Source of the DNA: an uncultured Alphaproteobacteria bacterium
Lineage (GTDB): Bacteria; Pseudomonadota; Alphaproteobacteria; Reyranellales; Reyranellaceae
Direction of reading: 5' to 3'
DNA: 54,931 nt
Assembly (NCBI GenBank): GCA_963923875.1
Contig: CAWUOG010000001.1
Coordinates: forward strand, 1 to 54,931
The position numbers and the translations under genes were made by a program. Every line of letters starts with the position of its first letter. Position 1 is the first letter of the stretch. A model generated the notes under the pieces. That model ran no database searches, was not told where the DNA came from, and saw nothing but the letters and a program-made list of their open reading frames with translations. This document shows positions 50,415-54,931 of the stretch, in pieces.

Positions 50415-51979
50415 GCACCTCTGGCAATGGCGCGATCGAGCGCCCGCCCCACATCCTCCGCCGTGGGATGGCGCCAGCGCGCTGCAACATAGCGGTCCGG
50501 CCGGATCAGATAGACGGTGCCGGGTCGCGCGTCATAGCGTTGCTGCAGGAGACCGTCGGCAGCCAACTCGATAGCCGTCACTTCCGGCAGGCTCAGCGGT
50601 GGCGAACCGAACGCCAGGAGACTGAAGCCGAGGCCCAGTCGATCGACCAGCCATCCCTTGCCGATCGGCGCATCGAGCATCGCCCGTCCCGGCGCCGGCC
50701 CACCCTGCCAATCGGAATCGGCATCCGGAGTGTCGAGCGGCGAGCCCGCCTGGCCCGTCGGCACCGACAGCCGGCCGCTGTTGATCAGGCTTCGGGCAAA
50801 CGGGAATTCTCGCGCCAGGGCCAGTGCGGCGTCGCGAAAGGCGCGCGACGCCGGAAATTTGGGCGTGATGAAGTCGGTGCTGCGCGTCGAATTCAGGATG
50901 TTCTCGCGGCTCGCCGCCCGACGCTCGCTGCAGTAGCTGTCGATCAGGGCCTCGGGCGCCCTGCCGGTAAGCACCAGCGCGAGCTTCCAGGCGAGATTGT
51001 CGGCGTCGGCCACCGCCGCGTTGCCGCCGCGCGCGCCGAACGGCGACACGACATGGGCGGCGTCACCCGCGAACACGACGCGACCGTGGACGAACTTCTC
51101 CATCATGCGACAGGTGAAGGTGTAGACACTGGTCCATTCGTGCTCCCAGCGTGCGTCCGGACCGAACATCTGGCGCAGGCGCCTGTCGACGTTCTCCGGC
51201 TTCTTCTCCTCGTCAGGATCGGCGTCGCGTCCGAGCTGAAAATCGACGCGCAGGATGTCATCGGCCTGGCGGTGAAGCAGCACCGAATTGGTCGGATGAA
51301 ATGGCGGGTAGAACCAGAATCGCCGCTCCTTCGGCAGGTCTCCCTTCAGGCGGATATCGGCGATCAGGAACTGGTCGTGGAAGACTTCTCCCGGATACGG
51401 CAGTTCCAACATGTGGCGCACCGGACTGCGCACACCATCGCAGGCCACAAGCCAGTCGGTCTCGAGGGTGTAGGTACCGTCCGGCGTTTCGACCTCGACC
51501 GTCACGCCATCGCTGCGCGGCGCCACACCCACCACCTTGTGGCGGTGGCGCATGTCGATCGCGCCTTCTTCGCGGCAGCGGTCGTAGAGATACTCCTCTA
51601 CGTAATACTGCTGCAGGTTCACGAAGGCCGGAAATTTGTGCCCAGGCTCGGGTTGAAGGTTGAAGCGCCAGATCGGTCGGTCACGCAGGTAAACCTCGCC
51701 CTGCTCCCAGGTGATCCCTTTCTCGACCATGCGCCGGGCGATCCCGAATCGATCCCAGATCTCCAGGCTGTGCTTGGACTGGCAGATCGAACGGCTACCG
51801 AAACTCACCTTGTCGTCGTCGTCGAGCACGATCGACGGCACGCCGCGTGCTGCGAGCGAGAGGGCGAGCGTCGGGCCGGCGATGCCCGCGCCCACGATCA
51901 CGACCTTGCGGCGCTCGCTGCGGCCGTCCAGTTCGACCGGCCGGCGGTACGGATAGGTCTTGTAGGCGTACGAACTCAT
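50411..51979 (-). CDS. FAD-dependent monooxygenase (PheA/TfdB/MhpA family)
   Basis: VGAGIAG, ACDGVRS, FAGDAAHVVSPFGARGGN, NLAWKL and C-terminal YLIRPDRYVAARW motifs. Confidence 0.92.
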   Translation of the reverse strand: MSSYAYKTYPYRRPVELDGRSERRKVVIVGAGIAGPTLALSLAARGVPSIVLDDDDKVSFGSRSICQSKHSLEIWDRFGIARRMVEKGITWEQGEVYLRDRPIWRFNLQPEPGHKFPAFVNLQQYYVEEYLYDRCREEGAIDMRHRHKVVGVAPRSDGVTVEVETPDGTYTLETDWLVACDGVRSPVRHMLELPYPGEVFHDQFLIADIRLKGDLPKERRFWFYPPFHPTNSVLLHRQADDILRVDFQLGRDADPDEEKKPENVDRRLRQMFGPDARWEHEWTSVYTFTCRMMEKFVHGRVVFAGDAAHVVSPFGARGGNAAVADADNLAWKLALVLTGRAPEALIDSYCSERRAASRENILNSTRSTDFITPKFPASRAFRDAALALAREFPFARSLINSGRLSVPTGQAGSPLDTPDADSDWQGGPAPGRAMLDAPIGKGWLVDRLGLGFSLLAFGSPPLSLPEVTAIELAADGLLQQRYDARPGTVYLIRPDRYVAARWRHPTAEDVGRALDRAIARGA

Positions 51980-51988
51980 GGCTGGGCG

Positions 51989-52048
51989 CGCGCCACTCCC
52001 GTGGCGCGATCAGGCATGCCAACGAGGACGCGCGACGGGAGTCGCGCG
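51989..52048. repeat. Pair of inverted REP-like palindromes
   Basis: CGCGCCAC-tccc-GTGGCGCG (51989-52008) and CGCGCGAC-ggga-GTCGCGCG (52029-52048). The second is a near reverse complement of the first. Confidence 0.65.
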
Positions 52049-52064
52049 CCTCCGGCACGGGATG

Positions 52065-53021
52065 TCACGCGCCCTTCTCCAGCGCGCTCCACATCTCGAT
52101 ATCGCGTTCGGCGGTCCAGATGCGCGGATGGTCGAGGCCCTTGGCCTCGTCGTAGGCGCGGCTGACGTTGAACGGCATGCAGTGTTCGAAGATCACCCAG
52201 TTGCCATAGCGCGGCTGCAGTGCCGCCATGGCCTTGTCGTAGGCGTCCTTCAGCGACTGCCCGCCGGAGGCGTTGGCCGACACCGCCTTGTAGAGGTCGC
52301 TGAGGAAGGCCTGCGTGCCGGCAATGCCCTCCTCCACCGCCTGCTCGCCGGTCAGCGCGTCGCCGCGGCCGGGCACCAGCGCCTCGGGCCTCAGATCGCG
52401 CAGCTTCTGGAGGGTCTCCGGCCAATCCTTGTAGTGGGCGTCCCCGCAATACGGCGTGGCGCCGTATTCGACGAGATCGCCACTGAAAAGCGTACGCTCC
52501 TCCGGCAACCAGACGATCGTATCGCCCTTGGTGTGGCCGCGTCCGGCATGGATGATGTCGACTTGGACCTTGCCCAGCCAGATCGACATGCGGTCCTTGA
52601 AGGTGATGGTAGGCCAGGTCAGGCCCGGGATCGTCTCGGCGGCCTGGAACAGACGCGGGAAGCGTTGCAACTCCGACTTGTAGTCCTGGGCGCCGCGCTC
52701 GACGATCATCTCGCGAGTGGCTTCGCTGCAAATGATGTGCTGCGGCTCGTAGCCCGAGGCGCCGAGCACACGCACGGCGTGGTAGTGCGTCAGCACGACG
52801 TACTTGATCGGCTTGTCGGTGACGGTGCGGATCTTCTCGATCACCGTCTGGGCCATCCTGGGCGTCGCCTGCGCGTCGATCACCATCACGGCGTCGTCAC
52901 CCACCACGATGCCGGTATTCGGATCGCCTTCCGCTGTAAACGCATAAGCATGCTCGCTCAGCCGGCTGAAGGTGATCTTCTTCTCCGCCATGTCCGCCTG
53001 CGAGGCGAAGGCTCGTGTCAT
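52065..53021 (-). CDS. MBL-fold metallo-hydrolase-like protein (cyclase-like)
   Basis: EGDPNTG, VID, LTHYHAVRVLG, GHTKGD, FSGDL and LVPGRG motifs. Confidence 0.88.
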   Translation of the reverse strand: MTRAFASQADMAEKKITFSRLSEHAYAFTAEGDPNTGIVVGDDAVMVIDAQATPRMAQTVIEKIRTVTDKPIKYVVLTHYHAVRVLGASGYEPQHIICSEATREMIVERGAQDYKSELQRFPRLFQAAETIPGLTWPTITFKDRMSIWLGKVQVDIIHAGRGHTKGDTIVWLPEERTLFSGDLVEYGATPYCGDAHYKDWPETLQKLRDLRPEALVPGRGDALTGEQAVEEGIAGTQAFLSDLYKAVSANASGGQSLKDAYDKAMAALQPRYGNWVIFEHCMPFNVSRAYDEAKGLDHPRIWTAERDIEMWSALEKGA

Positions 53022-53063
53022 GTCTCTCTTCTCCCGATTTCTTCTTGCTTGAATGATGCTGCG

Positions 53064-54077
53064 CTAGTCGTTGCCGTACTTGTGATAGCTCGCGCGGTCG
53101 CCGGTGCGCACCGTGACCTCGAAGGCATCGCTGTCGCGCTCCATGCGCAAGGTCACAGGGGTACCGGGCGGACCGCTCGCCCAGAGCTTGCGATAGAAGT
53201 CCGCCAGTTCGTCGAGCACTTCCCCGTTGAGAGCATGCAGCACGTCTCCACGCTGCAGGCCGGCCTTGTCGGCCGGACCTCCTTCCGAAACGCCGCCGAC
53301 CACGAGGTGGCCCATATGCTCGAGCGTGATGAGGCCGAGCCAGGGTCGCGGCGGTTTTTTGAGCCGGCCGTTTTCCACAAGCTCGTCGAAGATCGGCTTC
53401 AGCCTGTTTATCGGCACATACATGTTGCCGGGAAAGGCTGGAGCTCCGGGACCGAGCGCTTCCTGGACCAGCAACGAGCCGACGCCAAGCAACTCACCCT
53501 CGGCGCCGATCAGGGCCGAGCCGCCCCACAGCGGATAGGCCGGCACCGTGAAGATTGCCTTGTCGAGCAGGTACTCCCAATAGCCCGCGAACTCGCGGCG
53601 GCCGGCGACCTTGACCTTGAGCGCAGCCTTCTCGCCGCCGACGCCGGCAACGTAGGCCTCGCTGCGCAGTTCGAGACTGTCGGAATCGCCGAACCGGATC
53701 GGCTTGATTCGCGGCGGAAAGGCCGTGCGGACCAGGCCAAAGCCGCTTTCGTAGTCGGAGCCGACGACGCCGGCTGGGATGGAATTGCCCTCGTTGTCGG
53801 TGATGGTGACGGTATCGGCCTCCATGATCAGATAGCCGATCGTCAAGATCAGCCCTTCGTCATCGATCACGATGCCGTGGCCCTCGCGCTCGGCTCCAAG
53901 CGTTTTGGCCGAGCGGCGGTTCCTGGGAATTGTCGTAGTCAGGCCGACCACTGCGGGCAATACACGCGAGACTTCGGGCGGGAGGCTGGATCCGCCCGGC
54001 CGGCGCGCCTCGACGCCTTCCTGATGGTCCGTGCCGTGGCTGGACCCATTGGCGGAACCGTTCAATCCTCGGGCCAT
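53064..54077 (-). CDS. S1C trypsin-like plus PDZ protein with degenerate catalytic triad
   Basis: GHGIVID..GLILTIGYLI, DYESGFGLV, WGGSALI, RPWLG and GGPADKAGLQRGD motifs. Confidence 0.82.
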   Translation of the reverse strand: MARGLNGSANGSSHGTDHQEGVEARRPGGSSLPPEVSRVLPAVVGLTTTIPRNRRSAKTLGAEREGHGIVIDDEGLILTIGYLIMEADTVTITDNEGNSIPAGVVGSDYESGFGLVRTAFPPRIKPIRFGDSDSLELRSEAYVAGVGGEKAALKVKVAGRREFAGYWEYLLDKAIFTVPAYPLWGGSALIGAEGELLGVGSLLVQEALGPGAPAFPGNMYVPINRLKPIFDELVENGRLKKPPRPWLGLITLEHMGHLVVGGVSEGGPADKAGLQRGDVLHALNGEVLDELADFYRKLWASGPPGTPVTLRMERDSDAFEVTVRTGDRASYHKYGND

Positions 54078-54153
54078 CGCCTACCTCCGCGTACACTCCC
54101 CGCCGTCATTGGAACTGTAGGCGTCCGCCGCTCCGATTGCTATATGACGCTGC

Positions 54154-54931
54154 ATGGCGCCCCCCGCCGATCCGTTCGAAATCACCGACGATCCCGCCCC
54201 GACTGATCCACAGCCGGCCAGTCAGCATTCGGCCAATCAGCCTGCGGGACGCCGTGCCGTTTTGCCCACAGCCCACCTCGAAGGCCTGAACGACGAGCAG
54301 CGCAAGGCGGTCGTGCACGATGCCGGCCCGCTGCTGGTGCTGGCCGGCGCCGGCACCGGAAAGACGCGTGTTCTGACCACGCGCATCGCTCACCTGCTGA
54401 TCACCGGCCGGGCGCGGCCCTCCCAGATCCTGGCGGTCACCTTCACCAACAAGGCGGCACGCGAAATGCTGGATCGTGTCGCCAGCCTGATCGGCGGCGC
54501 CGCCGACGGCATGTGGCTGGGCACGTTCCATGCCATCGGAGTCCGCGTCCTGCGCCGCCACGCCGAACTGATCGGGCTCAAGAGCAATTTCACCATTCTC
54601 GATACCGACGACCAGACGCGCCTGATCAAGCAACTGCTTCAGGCCGAAGGCATCGACGACAAGAAGTGGCCGGCGCGCATCCTGTCCGGCATCATCCAGC
54701 GCTGGAAGGATCGAGCACTCACGCCCGACAAGGTATCCGGGGAGGATGCCGGCGAGTTCGCCAACGGCAAGGCCGCCGAAATCTATAAACAGTACCAGGC
54801 GCGACTCGCCGAGGTGAACGCCGTCGATTTCGGCGACCTGGTGATGCATTGCGTCACCCTTTGGCAGCAGCATCCAGACGTGCTGGCCGATTATCACCGC
54901 CGCTTCCGCCATATCCTGGTCGACGAGTACC
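54154..54931 (+). CDS. uvrD: UvrD/PcrA family DNA helicase, 3' end outside window
   Basis: Manual translation: LNDEQRKAV..GPLLVLAGAGTGKTRVLT, ILAVTFTNKAAREM, WLGTFH, DFGDL and ILVDEY motifs. Not in the ORF track because it has no stop in the window. Confidence 0.92.
   Translation, partial: MAPPADPFEITDDPAPTDPQPASQHSANQPAGRRAVLPTAHLEGLNDEQRKAVVHDAGPLLVLAGAGTGKTRVLTTRIAHLLITGRARPSQILAVTFTNKAAREMLDRVASLIGGAADGMWLGTFHAIGVRVLRRHAELIGLKSNFTILDTDDQTRLIKQLLQAEGIDDKKWPARILSGIIQRWKDRALTPDKVSGEDAGEFANGKAAEIYKQYQARLAEVNAVDFGDLVMHCVTLWQQHPDVLADYHRRFRHILVDEY

Overview
GC-rich alphaproteobacterial chromosome segment. The gene content and style suggest a Reyranella-like organism, which is an inference and was not verified. 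It is densely coding, with about 55 CDS and no rRNA, tRNA, CRISPR array, integrase or transposase visible. Housekeeping anchors are ltaE, cbpA/cbpM, gltBD, hrpB, apt and a partial uvrD. The most notable accessory element is a four-gene operon at 20353-23967 whose products and gene order match the Comamonas-type terephthalate pathway (tphC-tphA2-tphA3-tphB). It lacks the tphA1 reductase and tphR regulator and sits next to a collapsed putA remnant. Other items of interest are: a stand-alone adenylation-carrier-thioesterase protein with a Cys-type thioesterase; two paralogous uncharacterised glycosyltransferase-like genes next to a GT47/exostosin-like gene; an HMG-CoA-synthase-like/DUF35 fusion with SCP2-thiolase, a MaoC pair and an SDR; and an MBL/FAD-monooxygenase/DUF2783 operon. 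Family assignments come from motif reading and recalled reference sequences. No database search was run. Many start codons were re-assigned by hand from the ORF track.
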